A stretch of DNA of 64,000 bases. It comes from Clostridiales bacterium. GTDB taxonomy: Bacteria; Bacillota; Proteinivoracia; UBA4975; PWLI01. The first letter of the stretch is position 1; each line of letters starts with the position of its first letter. The stretch is from contig PWLI01000011.1 in assembly GCA_003559415.1 (NCBI GenBank), forward strand, positions 3,618 to 67,617, given 5' to 3'. The notes under the pieces were generated by a model. The model ran no database searches, had not been told where the DNA came from, and was given only the letters and a program-made list of their open reading frames with translations. The position numbers were made by a program, and so were the translations under genes. This document shows positions 21,954-30,561 of the stretch, piece by piece.

Positions 21954-22889
21954 GTGCTTATGGGCCAGAAAAAAAACAACAGCCAGTATACTGTAATGGT
22001 TGTTCCGCATTGCCAAAAACCCCCAGTGGCCTTTAAGCTTCCTCTGCTGGCCATTCAAGCGCTGGCGGTACTGATTATTTTTGTTCCCGTCACCATGGTC
22101 GGGTTCTTTAACAACTACTATTCCGCCCAGTCATTTCTGCCCGAGCTGGAAGATTTGCGCCTGGACAATCAGCTAAAAAGTGAACAGATAGAAGCCCTGG
22201 CCAACGAAACCCAGCTGATGCTTGAAAATCTTCAGCGGCTTCAGCAGCTGGAGGAAAAACTCCGGGAGCTAACCGACCTGGAAGACGAGTCGCTATTGTT
22301 CGACATGGATACAGAAAACAATGGGACGGCCAATAATCCGGTGACTTTCCGGGAGTATACTGCCAGCCGCAGCGGCTACACCACTGTTGAGAGAACCCTT
22401 TCTGGCATCAGCCACCTTCAATCGGCGCTGCCGGAACAGGAAGACCGAATGGAAAACCTGAAAGAAGATGTGGAAGAACAGCTTCGCCGCGAGGCTGCAA
22501 CCCCCTCCATTTGGCCCACCTGGGGCCGGATTTCCTCCCCCTTCGGTTGGAGGCGCCACCCCATTACCGGTCGTCGTGACTTTCACACTGGTATTGACAT
22601 TGCCGGGCGCAACATACGTGGCAGAGCGGTTTATGCAACGGCCACAGGGACGGTGAGTTTTGCCGGGTACCGCCCCAGCTATGGGCGTCTTATAATTATT
22701 GAACATGGTTATGGTTTTACCACATATTATGCTCACTTGAGCAGAATCCGCGTACAATCAGGTCAACAGGTTGAAAAAGGTGACCTGATCGGCAATGTTG
22801 GCAGTACGGGAGATACGACTGGCCCTCACCTTCATTATGAAGTAAGAGTATGGGGCGAGCCCGCAGACCCCCGCAAATACCTACCCTGA
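21954..22889 (+). CDS. M23/LytM-family metallopeptidase with N-terminal TM anchor and coiled coil (EnvC-like)
   Basis: TM helix LAIQALAVLIIFVPV, heptad-rich LEDLRLDNQLKSEQIEALANE...LQQLEEKLRELTDLE, and the M23 motifs HTGIDIAG...GSTGDTTGPHLHYEV. Confidence 0.85.
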   Translation: MLMGQKKNNSQYTVMVVPHCQKPPVAFKLPLLAIQALAVLIIFVPVTMVGFFNNYYSAQSFLPELEDLRLDNQLKSEQIEALANETQLMLENLQRLQQLEEKLRELTDLEDESLLFDMDTENNGTANNPVTFREYTASRSGYTTVERTLSGISHLQSALPEQEDRMENLKEDVEEQLRREAATPSIWPTWGRISSPFGWRRHPITGRRDFHTGIDIAGRNIRGRAVYATATGTVSFAGYRPSYGRLIIIEHGYGFTTYYAHLSRIRVQSGQQVEKGDLIGNVGSTGDTTGPHLHYEVRVWGEPADPRKYLP

Positions 22890-22905
22890 GCCGTGAGGAG
22901 GAAGC

Positions 22906-23346
22906 ATGTTTAAGAAAAAAGAAGAAATCGACGTAACAAAAGTGGATACAGTTATTGGCAAAGACACAGAAATTACCGGCACTATTACAGCCAAAGGCGT
23001 ACTGCGTATTGAAGGCAAGATTAACGGAAAGCTAAAAGTCACCGGCGATGTTATTATCTCCCAGAGCGGAACGGTGGAAGCTGACGTCAACGCCCGCAGC
23101 ATTTCCATCGCCGGCACCCTCAAGGGCAATGTTGAGGCCCAGGGTTTGCTGGCAGTTGAACCCAGTGGCAAGATGATTGGCGATATCAAGGTTGCCAAGC
23201 TGGCAATAGGTGACGGAGCCCTTTTTGTCGGTGCATGCGAGATGCTGAATGAGCAACAGGGCGGCGGCAAAAAGCAAGAACCCGCCCCGGCCAGGAAAGT
23301 TGCCGACGGCCAAGACAACAAACAACAACCTGACGACGCAAAATAA
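22906..23346 (+). CDS. Bactofilin (DUF583) cytoskeletal protein
   Basis: 146 aa. Beta-helical repeats VIGKDTEITGTITAKGVLRIEGKINGKLKVTGDVIISQSGTVEADVNARSISIAGTLKGNVEAQGLLAV and a disordered Gln/Lys-rich tail. Confidence 0.8.
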   Translation: MFKKKEEIDVTKVDTVIGKDTEITGTITAKGVLRIEGKINGKLKVTGDVIISQSGTVEADVNARSISIAGTLKGNVEAQGLLAVEPSGKMIGDIKVAKLAIGDGALFVGACEMLNEQQGGGKKQEPAPARKVADGQDNKQQPDDAK

Positions 23347-23353
23347 AGACAGA

Positions 23354-23380
23354 GACTGCCAATGGCAGTCTTTCTTGTTT
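23354..23380 (+). terminator. Rho-independent terminator after the bactofilin gene
   Basis: GACTGCC-aat-GGCAGTC followed by TTTCTTGTTT. Confidence 0.5.
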
Positions 23381-23459
23381 CCCTGTCCGGGATAGAGTAT
23401 TTGGCCCAGGTGTGCTATTATAATTTCACCGACATTCCAAAGGCAAGGCAGGTGTATAT

Positions 23460-23993
23460 ATGGATCACGACAAGCGTTATGAAAAAGCCAATCGCCTTTT
23501 CTACCATAATCAATTTCGAGATGCCTTGGATATTTTATTGGAGATTGTTGAAGAACAGCCTGACCATGCCCTGGCGCTGAACAAAATCGGGGTCATCCAT
23601 ATACATTTCCAGCAGCGTCAGGAGGCAGAAGATTATTTTCGCCGGGCGCTGGATGCTGACCCTGAATGTGGCGCTGCCATGGGTAATTTGGCCAGCCTGT
23701 TGGTTGAGCGGGGCGAAGAGGAAAAGGCAGAGGTAATGCTGGAAAAGGCAGCCAAACTGGATCCGGAAAACCCCTATATCCTAAATAACCTGGCCGCTGT
23801 GCACAAAAAACGTGGAGACACCGAGGCCTACCTGTCATTATATAAAAAGTCCCAGCGATTACTTAGGGACAAGTTGAAGCAAGACACACGGGCAGATTTT
23901 CACAGCCTGCGAGGCCGTTCGGGATGTGGCGGGCCCGCCATGCTGGCAATGCTGTTGCTGTTGGTGGTGTTGATGGCGTTATGGCTGACATAA
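23460..23993 (+). CDS. TPR-repeat protein with C-terminal TM helix
   Basis: Three TPR-like units (ALALNKIGVIH..., AAMGNLASLL..., ILNNLAAVH...) and an MLAMLLLLVVLMALWL tail. Confidence 0.65.
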   Translation: MDHDKRYEKANRLFYHNQFRDALDILLEIVEEQPDHALALNKIGVIHIHFQQRQEAEDYFRRALDADPECGAAMGNLASLLVERGEEEKAEVMLEKAAKLDPENPYILNNLAAVHKKRGDTEAYLSLYKKSQRLLRDKLKQDTRADFHSLRGRSGCGGPAMLAMLLLLVVLMALWLT

Positions 23994-24340
23994 AAACTAC
24001 GCTTAAAACCGCAGTTTCTTTTCTGTTGCCCTTGTTGGGTCTGGTGGCAGCCGCATTTATTGTTTCCCGGGGGCTGGCGGCCCTGTCTGTCAACTGGCCA
24101 GTGGCTGCGGTGCTGGTTTTCGTGGCCACAAAAATTCTGACAGATATTGTCGCGCATTTGTTGACGCGCTCCCGAGATGTGTTTTATGTGGATGAGTACT
24201 TAAAAGAAACACTGATTTACACGTTGGCAGTGCTGGTTGCCATTGGCGCCATTCATCTGGCCAGGGTGCACATAGGCGGAGATGTCTGGGTGCCCCTGCT
24301 GGCAGCCGTCATGGCTCTGACTTGGCGGCACAGCCGCTGA
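23981..24340 (+). CDS. Small integral membrane protein (3 TM), unknown function
   Basis: MADIKTTLKTAVSFLLPLLGLVAAAFIV... The ORF-track start at 23924 overlaps the TPR gene, so the ATG at 23981 is preferred. Confidence 0.45.
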   Translation: MADIKTTLKTAVSFLLPLLGLVAAAFIVSRGLAALSVNWPVAAVLVFVATKILTDIVAHLLTRSRDVFYVDEYLKETLIYTLAVLVAIGAIHLARVHIGGDVWVPLLAAVMALTWRHSR

Positions 24341-24341
24341 T

Positions 24342-24355
24342 ATTTCCCGGGAAAT
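24342..24355. other. Noc-binding site (NBS) consensus palindrome
   Basis: ATTTCCCGGGAAAT is the exact 14-bp B. subtilis NBS consensus. It lies 2 nt after the stop of the preceding membrane-protein gene. Confidence 0.55.
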
Positions 24356-24377
24356 TATCGCACATGGGGGTGTTTTC

Positions 24378-24551
24378 GTGTATAACCCTGGTGATATAGT
24401 CGAAATGAAAAAGCCCCACCCCTGTGGGAGCAAGACCTGGAAGATTATTCGTGTCGGCATGGACTTTCGCCTGCAGTGTTGCCAGTGTGGAAGAAGTGTG
24501 CTAATGCCCCGTAAAGAAGCGGAGAAGTCCATCCGTCGAGTGTGCCAATAG
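24378..24551 (+). CDS. DUF951 (YyzM-like) small protein, GTG start
   Basis: VYNPGDIVEMKKPHPCGSKTWKIIRVGMDFRLQCCQCGRSVLMPRKEAEKS. Contains a CxxC...CxxC pattern and lies at the conserved position upstream of rpsF. 57 aa, below the ORF-track cut-off. Confidence 0.65.
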   Translation: MYNPGDIVEMKKPHPCGSKTWKIIRVGMDFRLQCCQCGRSVLMPRKEAEKSIRRVCQ

Positions 24552-24555
24552 TCAG

Positions 24556-24583
24556 TTGCATACCAGCGGCAATGTGCTATAAT
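24556..24583 (+). promoter_or_regulatory. rpsF-ssb-rpsR operon promoter (extended -10)
   Basis: TTGCAT, a 16-nt spacer, then TGcTATAAT. Confidence 0.5.
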
Positions 24584-24648
24584 ATATCAATGTCCCCCTG
24601 CTTCAACCAACGTTGAAGCCGCCAGTCCACAGGAGGAGGTGAAATTGA

Positions 24649-24936
24649 ATGCGTAAATATGAGTTGATTTATGTTATCGCCCCTGACATCGACGAAGAAG
24701 GCCAGGCAACCCTGCAAAACAAGCTTACAGGTATTGTTGAACAGGGCCAGGGCCAGGTCGCTGAAATCAAGGAATGGGGCAAGCAGCGGTTGGCTTACGA
24801 GATAAACGACCACCGCGAGGGCATCTATACTGAAATTCATTTTTCAGGTGACGGAGATGTCGTTGCTGAACTGGATCGGATTATCAAGATTACCGAAGGT
24901 TTTCTCAGGCATATAGTAGTAAGACGTGAAGAATAG
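24649..24936 (+). CDS. rpsF: 30S ribosomal protein S6
   Basis: [17 protein letters not shown]... Confidence 0.95.
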   Translation: MRKYELIYVIAPDIDEEGQATLQNKLTGIVEQGQGQVAEIKEWGKQRLAYEINDHREGIYTEIHFSGDGDVVAELDRIIKITEGFLRHIVVRREE

Positions 24937-24956
24937 CAGTAATAAGAGGTGATACC

Positions 24957-25355
24957 ATGTTAAACCGGATTGTTCTTATCGGCCGGTTGGTGCGGGATCC
25001 CGAGTTGCGCTACACACCCAACGGCATTGCTGTGGCATCCTTTACCTTGGCCGTTGACCGCCCCTTTACCAACAAAGAGGGGGAGCGGGAAACTGATTTT
25101 ATCAATATCGTTGTCTGGCGCAAGCAGGCCGAAAATTGTGCCAGCTACCTGAGTAAAGGACGCTTGGCCGGAGTAGATGGACGGCTTCAGTTGCGAACCT
25201 ATGAACAAGACGGCCAGCGCAAGTACTTTACTGAAGTGGTGGCGGACAGTGTTCAGTTTTTGGACAGGGGCAGCCGCGAAGACCGCTCCGGCGACTCCGC
25301 CAGCCAAGATTACGGAAAAGATGTAGATGTCAACGAAGACGACATACCATTTTAG
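24957..25355 (+). CDS. ssb: Single-stranded DNA-binding protein
   Basis: [25 protein letters not shown] fold and an acidic C-terminal tip DDIPF. Confidence 0.95.
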   Translation: MLNRIVLIGRLVRDPELRYTPNGIAVASFTLAVDRPFTNKEGERETDFINIVVWRKQAENCASYLSKGRLAGVDGRLQLRTYEQDGQRKYFTEVVADSVQFLDRGSREDRSGDSASQDYGKDVDVNEDDIPF

Positions 25356-25370
25356 AATAGGAGGCATAAC

Positions 25371-25598
25371 ATGCGCAGAGAACGAGGCCGAAAGCGGAAG
25401 CGCGTTTGCAGCTTCTGTGTGGATAAAGTGGCCGATATAGAGTTTAAAAATGTAGACAAGTTGCGGCGGTATGTTTCTGACCGCGGCAAGATATTGCCCC
25501 GGCGGATTACGGGAAACTGTGCCGGGCACCAGCGACAACTTACAGTAGCTATTAAGCGTGCTCGCTTCTTGGCACTGATGCCCTACACAACAGAATAG
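25371..25598 (+). CDS. rpsR: 30S ribosomal protein S18
   Basis: ...[60 protein letters not shown]. Confidence 0.95.
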   Translation: MRRERGRKRKRVCSFCVDKVADIEFKNVDKLRRYVSDRGKILPRRITGNCAGHQRQLTVAIKRARFLALMPYTTE

Positions 25599-25602
25599 CA
25601 GC

Positions 25603-25632
25603 AAGGGGCATCTTTGCCCCCTGTTTTTTTTA
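25603..25632 (+). terminator. Rho-independent terminator after rpsR
   Basis: AAGGGGCA-tctt-TGCCCC then CTGTTTTTTTTATT. Confidence 0.6.
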
Positions 25633-25650
25633 TTCAGGTATCAGTAAAGG

Positions 25651-26595
25651 GTGGTGGAAATGACAGAAACCTCTTACCGGGGACTGATTGAGGGATCGCT
25701 GTTGCTGGCCGTTTGGTTGTTGCTGGCAATAATAACCGCTTTTACACCCATAGGGCTTGCCTCGGCATTTTTGCTTCCCGTGCCGGTTGTGGTGCTGATG
25801 GTAAGGCAGGGATTGGGGCCGGTTGCTCTGCTGATCGCCCTTACTTTTATTGCCCCGTTGTTTATCGGGATTGACTTGCCTCGCACGTTGGTCATGGCGC
25901 TGGCTTCTGCCTTGCCCGGTCTGGCCCTGGGGTTTGGCTACCAACAGCGATGGAAGCCCACCATGGTTTTTGCCCTTGGCCTGGGTGGCAACATGCTGGC
26001 GGTGTTTTTACTGATGAACTTGTTGTCGTTGCTGTTTGGGTTGAATGTCGTTTCCGAGATGCTGGCGCTGCTGAGGCAGGCAAGCGAGCTAATTGCCCAG
26101 GGTCTGGAATCCATCCAACAGTTGCCCACCCAGGGGCTGGAGCGATTGCTTGAGGATTGGCCGTTGCTGCAAGAAGGTGCGGTTTTTCTGGTTCCCGGAT
26201 TTATACTGATGGTCTTGACTGCGGCAACGTTTTTTATGCTTAACATCTGTCAAATGGTTCTTGCCCGCCTGGGTGTGGAAGTTGAGTCCTTCCCCCCTTT
26301 TGTGAAGTGGCGTTTTGGTGACTGGTACTTATGGCTTTTTGTCCTTGCTCTGTTTTTGCGGTTTGTGGCCTGGCAGTGGCACCCGTTTTTGATGGTCATT
26401 GGTTACAATATCTTTTCTCCGCTGTTTTATGGAATGGTCATACAGGGCATGGCAGTGGTATACTGGTGGTTAAGGGTTATTCCCTGGAAACCTGTAAGAA
26501 TTCTGCCTTTGTTCACCATAGTTTTCCCCTTTGTTTTCATGCTCTTTTCTTTGGTGGGCATGGCAGACTTCCTCTTTAACTTCCGCAGACTGTAA
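25651..26595 (+). CDS. DUF2232 (YybS-like) polytopic membrane protein
   Basis: 314 aa with about 9 TM helices. Located between rpsR and rplI exactly where B. subtilis has yybS. No GdpP gene follows. Confidence 0.65.
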   Translation: MVEMTETSYRGLIEGSLLLAVWLLLAIITAFTPIGLASAFLLPVPVVVLMVRQGLGPVALLIALTFIAPLFIGIDLPRTLVMALASALPGLALGFGYQQRWKPTMVFALGLGGNMLAVFLLMNLLSLLFGLNVVSEMLALLRQASELIAQGLESIQQLPTQGLERLLEDWPLLQEGAVFLVPGFILMVLTAATFFMLNICQMVLARLGVEVESFPPFVKWRFGDWYLWLFVLALFLRFVAWQWHPFLMVIGYNIFSPLFYGMVIQGMAVVYWWLRVIPWKPVRILPLFTIVFPFVFMLFSLVGMADFLFNFRRL

Positions 26596-26611
26596 AAAAG
26601 GAGGGTTTTCT

Positions 26612-27055
26612 GTGAAAGTTATACTCAAGACAGATGTCAAGGGCCTGGGTACAGCTGGAGAAGTCAAAGATGTTTCTCCCGGCTATGCAAGGAACTTCCT
26701 TTTGCCCCGCGGGCTTGCCATTTCCGCCGACAGCGGAAACATTGAAACGCTGAAAAGGCAGCAGCAGGCAGAAGAGAAGCGCCGCAACAAAGAGTTGGAA
26801 GAGATGCGCAACCTGAAAGAGCAAATTGAACAAACTCCGCTGGTAATTGCTGCCAATGCCGGTGAAGGCGGCCGGCTGTTTGGCTCCATTACCACCAAGG
26901 ATATTGGCGAGCGGCTGGCCCGCAACGGGATCAAAATTGACCGGAGAAAAATACTGCTTTCCGAGCCGGTGCGCCAGCTGGGGGAACATCAAATTACCAT
27001 CCGCCTGCATCCTCAGGTCGACGCCACCCTTGCCCTGGAAGTTAAGGCAGAATAA
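26612..27055 (+). CDS. rplI: 50S ribosomal protein L9 (GTG start)
   Basis: (M)KVILKTDVKGLGTAGEVKDVSPGYARNFLLPRGLA... RBS AAAAGGAGGG upstream. The ORF track extends it to 26531, overlapping the yybS-like gene. Confidence 0.9.
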   Translation: MKVILKTDVKGLGTAGEVKDVSPGYARNFLLPRGLAISADSGNIETLKRQQQAEEKRRNKELEEMRNLKEQIEQTPLVIAANAGEGGRLFGSITTKDIGERLARNGIKIDRRKILLSEPVRQLGEHQITIRLHPQVDATLALEVKAE

Positions 27056-27237
27056 TTGCCGGCTTTGGTGAACTTGTTCCCTGGCCAGGGGCTGTCGCTG
27101 GTGTTTTATTGACCCTGTTGGGAATTTAAGTTAAACTGTTTCGGGAGATGCTTTGACGGCCGCCTTTGGCGGCCGGTGTTGACTTCGTTTGCCTGTGGCT
27201 GTATTGAGATGCCACGTAGGCAGGAAAGGAGTATTTC

Positions 27238-28518
27238 ATGCCTTCTCTTGTTGTAGTTGGGACATATTGGGGCGATGAAGGTAAGGGCAAGATAACGGAT
27301 TTCTTGGCTGACAAAGCTGACATTGTAGTCCGTTATCAGGGTGGGAACAATGCCGGCCATACCATTCAAAACAAGAACAAAACCTATAAGCTGCACTTCA
27401 TTCCCTCTGGCATACTCCATCCCAACACCATGTGTGTGCTGGGAAATGGAATGGTCATTGACCCTGTAGAGCTGGTCTCTGAGATGGAGCAGCTCAGCGA
27501 TGCAGGGGTGGAGACCGATAATTTGCGGGTAAGTGACAGAGCTCACCTTATCTTGCCCTACCATAAATTGTTGGATGGGCTCAGCGAGGAAAGAAGAGGG
27601 CCCAACAAAATTGGCACTACCCGGAAAGGAATCGGCCCGGCCTATATGGACAAGGCTGCCCGCTGTGGCCTGCGTATAGTTGACCTGCTCAACCCTAAAG
27701 AGCTTGAGCAGCGCCTGTCGGAAAATATCCGGGATAAAAACATGCTGTTGCAGAGATATTATGATGTGCCTGGCTTGGACGAGAAGGCAGTGTTGGCCAG
27801 CTTGCTGGAAGCGGCCGACAAGCTTCGCCCTTTCATTGATGACACATCGGCACTGATCAATGACGCCCTGGATCAGGGCAAGTACATTGTTTTTGAGGGA
27901 GCCCAGGCAACGCTGCTGGACATTGACCACGGCACATATCCCTTTGTCACTGCTTCCAATCCTGTTGCCGGCGGTGTTTGCATCGGCGCTGGCGTTGGCC
28001 CCACCAAAATAGACAAGGTAATGGGCTTGGTAAAAGCATATACTTCCCGGGTGGGGGATGGCCCCTTCCCCACGGAAATTTTTGACGAAACGGCTGATAT
28101 CATTCGGGAAAGAGGCAAAGAGTTTGGTACTACCACCGGCCGCCCCCGTCGTGTTGGCTGGTTGGATGGGGTCATATTGCGCTATGCCCGTCGGGTCAGC
28201 GGGTTGGATGCCCTTTGCATAACCCTGCTCGATGTTTTGAGTGGCATGGAAGAGATAAAAATCTGCACACACTACGAGTTGGACGGACAGCGCACTGACC
28301 GCTTCCCGGCCAGCGTAAGCAGCCTTGGCCGCTGCAATCCGGTGTACGAAACGCTGCCTGGATGGGACCAAGACATCAGTGATTGCAAGAATTGGGAAGA
28401 TTTGCCAGCCAATGCTCAGGCATATATTCACTTTATCGAAGAACTGGCTGGCGCTCCGGTGGCAATTGTGTCAGTTGGCCCCGGCCGGGAACAGACAATC
28501 AATGTAAGAGAAATATAA
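27238..28518 (+). CDS. purA: Adenylosuccinate synthetase
   Basis: MPSLVVVGTYWGDEGKGKITD...GGNNAGHT... is the P-loop plus GNNAGH signature. The full 441-aa minus-strand ORF at 27106-28431 is antisense noise. Confidence 0.95.
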   Translation: MPSLVVVGTYWGDEGKGKITDFLADKADIVVRYQGGNNAGHTIQNKNKTYKLHFIPSGILHPNTMCVLGNGMVIDPVELVSEMEQLSDAGVETDNLRVSDRAHLILPYHKLLDGLSEERRGPNKIGTTRKGIGPAYMDKAARCGLRIVDLLNPKELEQRLSENIRDKNMLLQRYYDVPGLDEKAVLASLLEAADKLRPFIDDTSALINDALDQGKYIVFEGAQATLLDIDHGTYPFVTASNPVAGGVCIGAGVGPTKIDKVMGLVKAYTSRVGDGPFPTEIFDETADIIRERGKEFGTTTGRPRRVGWLDGVILRYARRVSGLDALCITLLDVLSGMEEIKICTHYELDGQRTDRFPASVSSLGRCNPVYETLPGWDQDISDCKNWEDLPANAQAYIHFIEELAGAPVAIVSVGPGREQTINVREI

Positions 28519-28572
28519 TTTCTCCCGTCTTGACAGTGGATATATTGATATAGTATCCTCTTTAAGTGCTAT

Positions 28573-28648
28573 GGGCCATTAGCTCAGTTGGCAGAGCACC
28601 TGACTTTTAATCAGGGTGTCCCAGGTTCGAATCCTGGATGGCTCACCA
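28573..28648 (+). tRNA. tRNA-Lys (anticodon TTT)
   Basis: GGGCCATTAGCTCAGTTGGCAGAGCA..., anticodon loop cTTTTaa, T-arm GGTTCGAATCC, 3' CCA encoded. Confidence 0.85.
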
Positions 28649-28649
28649 T

Positions 28650-28724
28650 GGCCCCTTGGTCAAGTGGTTAAGACACCGGCCTTTCAAGCCGGTAACAGGG
28701 GTTCGAGTCCCCTAGGGGTCACCA
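28650..28724 (+). tRNA. tRNA-Glu (anticodon TTC)
   Basis: GGCCCCTTGGTCAAGTGGTTAAGACACCGGCCTTTCAAGCCGG..., 3' CCA. Confidence 0.85.
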
Positions 28725-28728
28725 TATT

Positions 28729-28805
28729 GGAGCTGTGGTGTAGAGGCCTAACATGCCTGCCTGTCACGCAGGAGATCGCGGGTTCGAATCCCGTCAGCTC
28801 CGCCA
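28729..28805 (+). tRNA. tRNA-Asp (anticodon GTC)
   Basis: Acceptor GGAGCTG/CAGCTCC, anticodon stem-loop CCTGC-cTGTCAc-GCAGG, T-arm GGTTCGAATCC, CCA. Confidence 0.8.
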
Positions 28806-28807
28806 GT

Positions 28808-28883
28808 GCCGCGGTAGCTCAGTTGGTAGAGCAGTGGACTGAAAATCCACGTGTCGGCAGTTCAATTCTGCCCTGCGGCACCA
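28808..28883 (+). tRNA. tRNA-Phe (anticodon GAA)
   Basis: GCCGCGGTAGCTCAGTTGGTAGAGCA, anticodon loop cTGAAaa, CCA. Confidence 0.85.
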
Positions 28884-28891
28884 TTTTTTTT

Positions 28892-28967
28892 GCCGGCGTA
28901 GCTCAATTGGCAGAGCAGCTGAATCGTAATCAGCAGGTTGCGGGTTCGAGTCCCATCGCCGGCTCCA
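28892..28967 (+). tRNA. tRNA-Thr (anticodon CGT)
   Basis: GCCGGCGTAGCTCAATTGGCAGAGCA, anticodon stem GCTGA/TCAGC with loop aTCGTaa, CCA. Confidence 0.8.
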
Positions 28968-28970
28968 ACT

Positions 28971-28994
28971 AGCCCCTTGGGGCTGTTTTTTTTG
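28971..28994 (+). terminator. Rho-independent terminator closing the tRNA cluster
   Basis: AGCCCC-tt-GGGGCT then GTTTTTTTTG. Confidence 0.6.
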
Positions 28995-29063
28995 TTTTAT
29001 TTCCCTTTTCAAACAGGAATACTTGCTTAGCATGGCGAAACATTACGGGAAAGGGGGGAGCGC

Positions 29064-30428
29064 ATGAATACTTTGCACAAAAAGATCATCAGCCTGGTTG
29101 CTTTCTGCGTGTTCTTGTTGCCCCCATTTTTTGCTTTGGCCTGGATGCAGCAGCACAGCCCCCAGTGGGTATACTCGGTGGAAGTGGATGGCAGCTGTAT
29201 AGGCTATGTTGATAACCAAGAAGATTACTCTGATATAGTAGGTGGCATTCTCGCAGCGGCAGAGCAAGAGTGGGATTGCAATCTTGTTATTGATCAAAAA
29301 GTGCAACTGCATAAAGTCAGGCAGTGGCATGCTGAAACCAGCCCCGGCGTTGTTCACGCCCGGGCCAATGACGTATTTATTTTTAAGCGCAGTGGCTGGG
29401 CAGTCTATGTTAACGGATCCCGGGCGGTTGTGCTGGACTCAGAAGAGGAAGCCATGGCAGTGTTGGAAGAGGTAAAGCAACACTTTGTTTCCAGTGCCTC
29501 CAACCGTGAACTTGTGTCGGTCTCCTTCGTCGATTCGGTGGAAATAAGCAAGGTCGCGGTGGAGCCGGAAGAAGTGTTGGAAGGGGAGGCCGCGTTGGAT
29601 GTCTTGTTGTCCGGCAGCAAGCGCCAGGAAACACATGTGGTTTCCCGGGGCGAGACACTTTCCACCATCGCCCGTTCTTACAACCTTTCTTTGAGCCATT
29701 TGCGGGAGGCAAATCCCGGCATAAAGGATGACCTGATTGTTCCCGGCCAGGAATTGAGTCTGGTTGTTGCCACTCCGGCAGTCCGCGTTGCTACTGTGGA
29801 AAAGTTGTCGGTCACGGAAAGAATAGCTCCACCGGTTCGCTATGTCCGCACCAGCTCCTTGTGGTACTACCAAACCCGTGTGCAGGAAGCGGGCACCAGC
29901 GGCAGCCGGGATGTTGTTTACAAAGTTGAATCGGTCAACGGTGCAGAAGTAAATCGCACATTGCTGGAAAAAAACATAACAAGACAGCCAACTACCCGGG
30001 TAATTGCCACCGGCACTTCCCGTTGGCCTTCCCGGGCCACCGGCATGTTTGACTGGCCGCTGCGCAGCGGCCGCATTTCCGACCGTTTCGGCACCTGGCG
30101 TCGCCACGGCCGTCATCAGGGAGTTGACATAGCAGTCAGGTCGGGGGAACCGATTTACGCAGCCCGGGGCGGGGTTGTAATCCGGGCAGAATACCATCGT
30201 TCTTATGGCTACTATGTGGTTATCGACCATCAAAACGGCTATGGCACTCTCTATGCCCACGCCAGCAGGCTGCGGGTAAGTTCCGGCCAGCAAGTCAGCA
30301 GAGGTCAGGTGATTGCCAATGTGGGCAGCACCGGGGAAAGCACCGGGCCCCACCTGCACTTTGAAATATTCCGCATTGTCAACAACAGGTGGGAACGGCT
30401 GGACCCCCTTCGCTTTTATGCACCCTAA
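29064..30428 (+). CDS. Secreted LysM-domain M23/LytM peptidase
   Basis: Signal/TM N-terminus, LysM (HVVSRGETLSTIARSYNLSLSHLREANPGIKDDLIVPGQEL), and a C-terminal M23 (HQGVDIAV...GSTGESTGPHLHFEI). Confidence 0.85.
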   Translation: MNTLHKKIISLVAFCVFLLPPFFALAWMQQHSPQWVYSVEVDGSCIGYVDNQEDYSDIVGGILAAAEQEWDCNLVIDQKVQLHKVRQWHAETSPGVVHARANDVFIFKRSGWAVYVNGSRAVVLDSEEEAMAVLEEVKQHFVSSASNRELVSVSFVDSVEISKVAVEPEEVLEGEAALDVLLSGSKRQETHVVSRGETLSTIARSYNLSLSHLREANPGIKDDLIVPGQELSLVVATPAVRVATVEKLSVTERIAPPVRYVRTSSLWYYQTRVQEAGTSGSRDVVYKVESVNGAEVNRTLLEKNITRQPTTRVIATGTSRWPSRATGMFDWPLRSGRISDRFGTWRRHGRHQGVDIAVRSGEPIYAARGGVVIRAEYHRSYGYYVVIDHQNGYGTLYAHASRLRVSSGQQVSRGQVIANVGSTGESTGPHLHFEIFRIVNNRWERLDPLRFYAP

Positions 30429-30440
30429 GGGTGCTTTTTG
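30420..30440 (+). terminator. Terminator overlapping the peptidase stop codon
   Basis: GCACCC-taa-GGGTGC then TTTTTG. Confidence 0.5.
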
Positions 30441-30465
30441 TTATGCCCGATAAACCATTGACAGT

Positions 30466-30494
30466 TTGACGATGTTGGCGGGAAAGATTATTAT
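30466..30494 (+). promoter_or_regulatory. Putative sigma-A promoter of the walRK-like operon
   Basis: TTGACG, a 17-nt spacer, then TATTAT. The ORF track would start walR inside this promoter. Confidence 0.45.
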
Positions 30495-30561
30495 ATGTAC
30501 AGCATTGTTTTCAAACAACAATTTCGAAAATTATCCCAAAATGTCATGTGGGGGTGGCGCT

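Noticed and set aside
27106-28431. 441-aa minus-strand ORF opposite purA
   Set aside because: purA on the plus strand has unmistakable motifs. The antisense frame is an open-frame artefact.
28519-28572. TTGACA upstream of the tRNA cluster as a promoter
   Set aside because: No acceptable -10 hexamer at 16-18 nt spacing (the best is TATAGT at 13 nt). A promoter is likely but could not be positioned.
28616-29033. ORF-track CDSs (118 aa plus strand, 79 aa minus strand) over the tRNA cluster
   Set aside because: The region folds into five canonical tRNAs with encoded CCA ends. The ORFs are translations of tRNA sequence.
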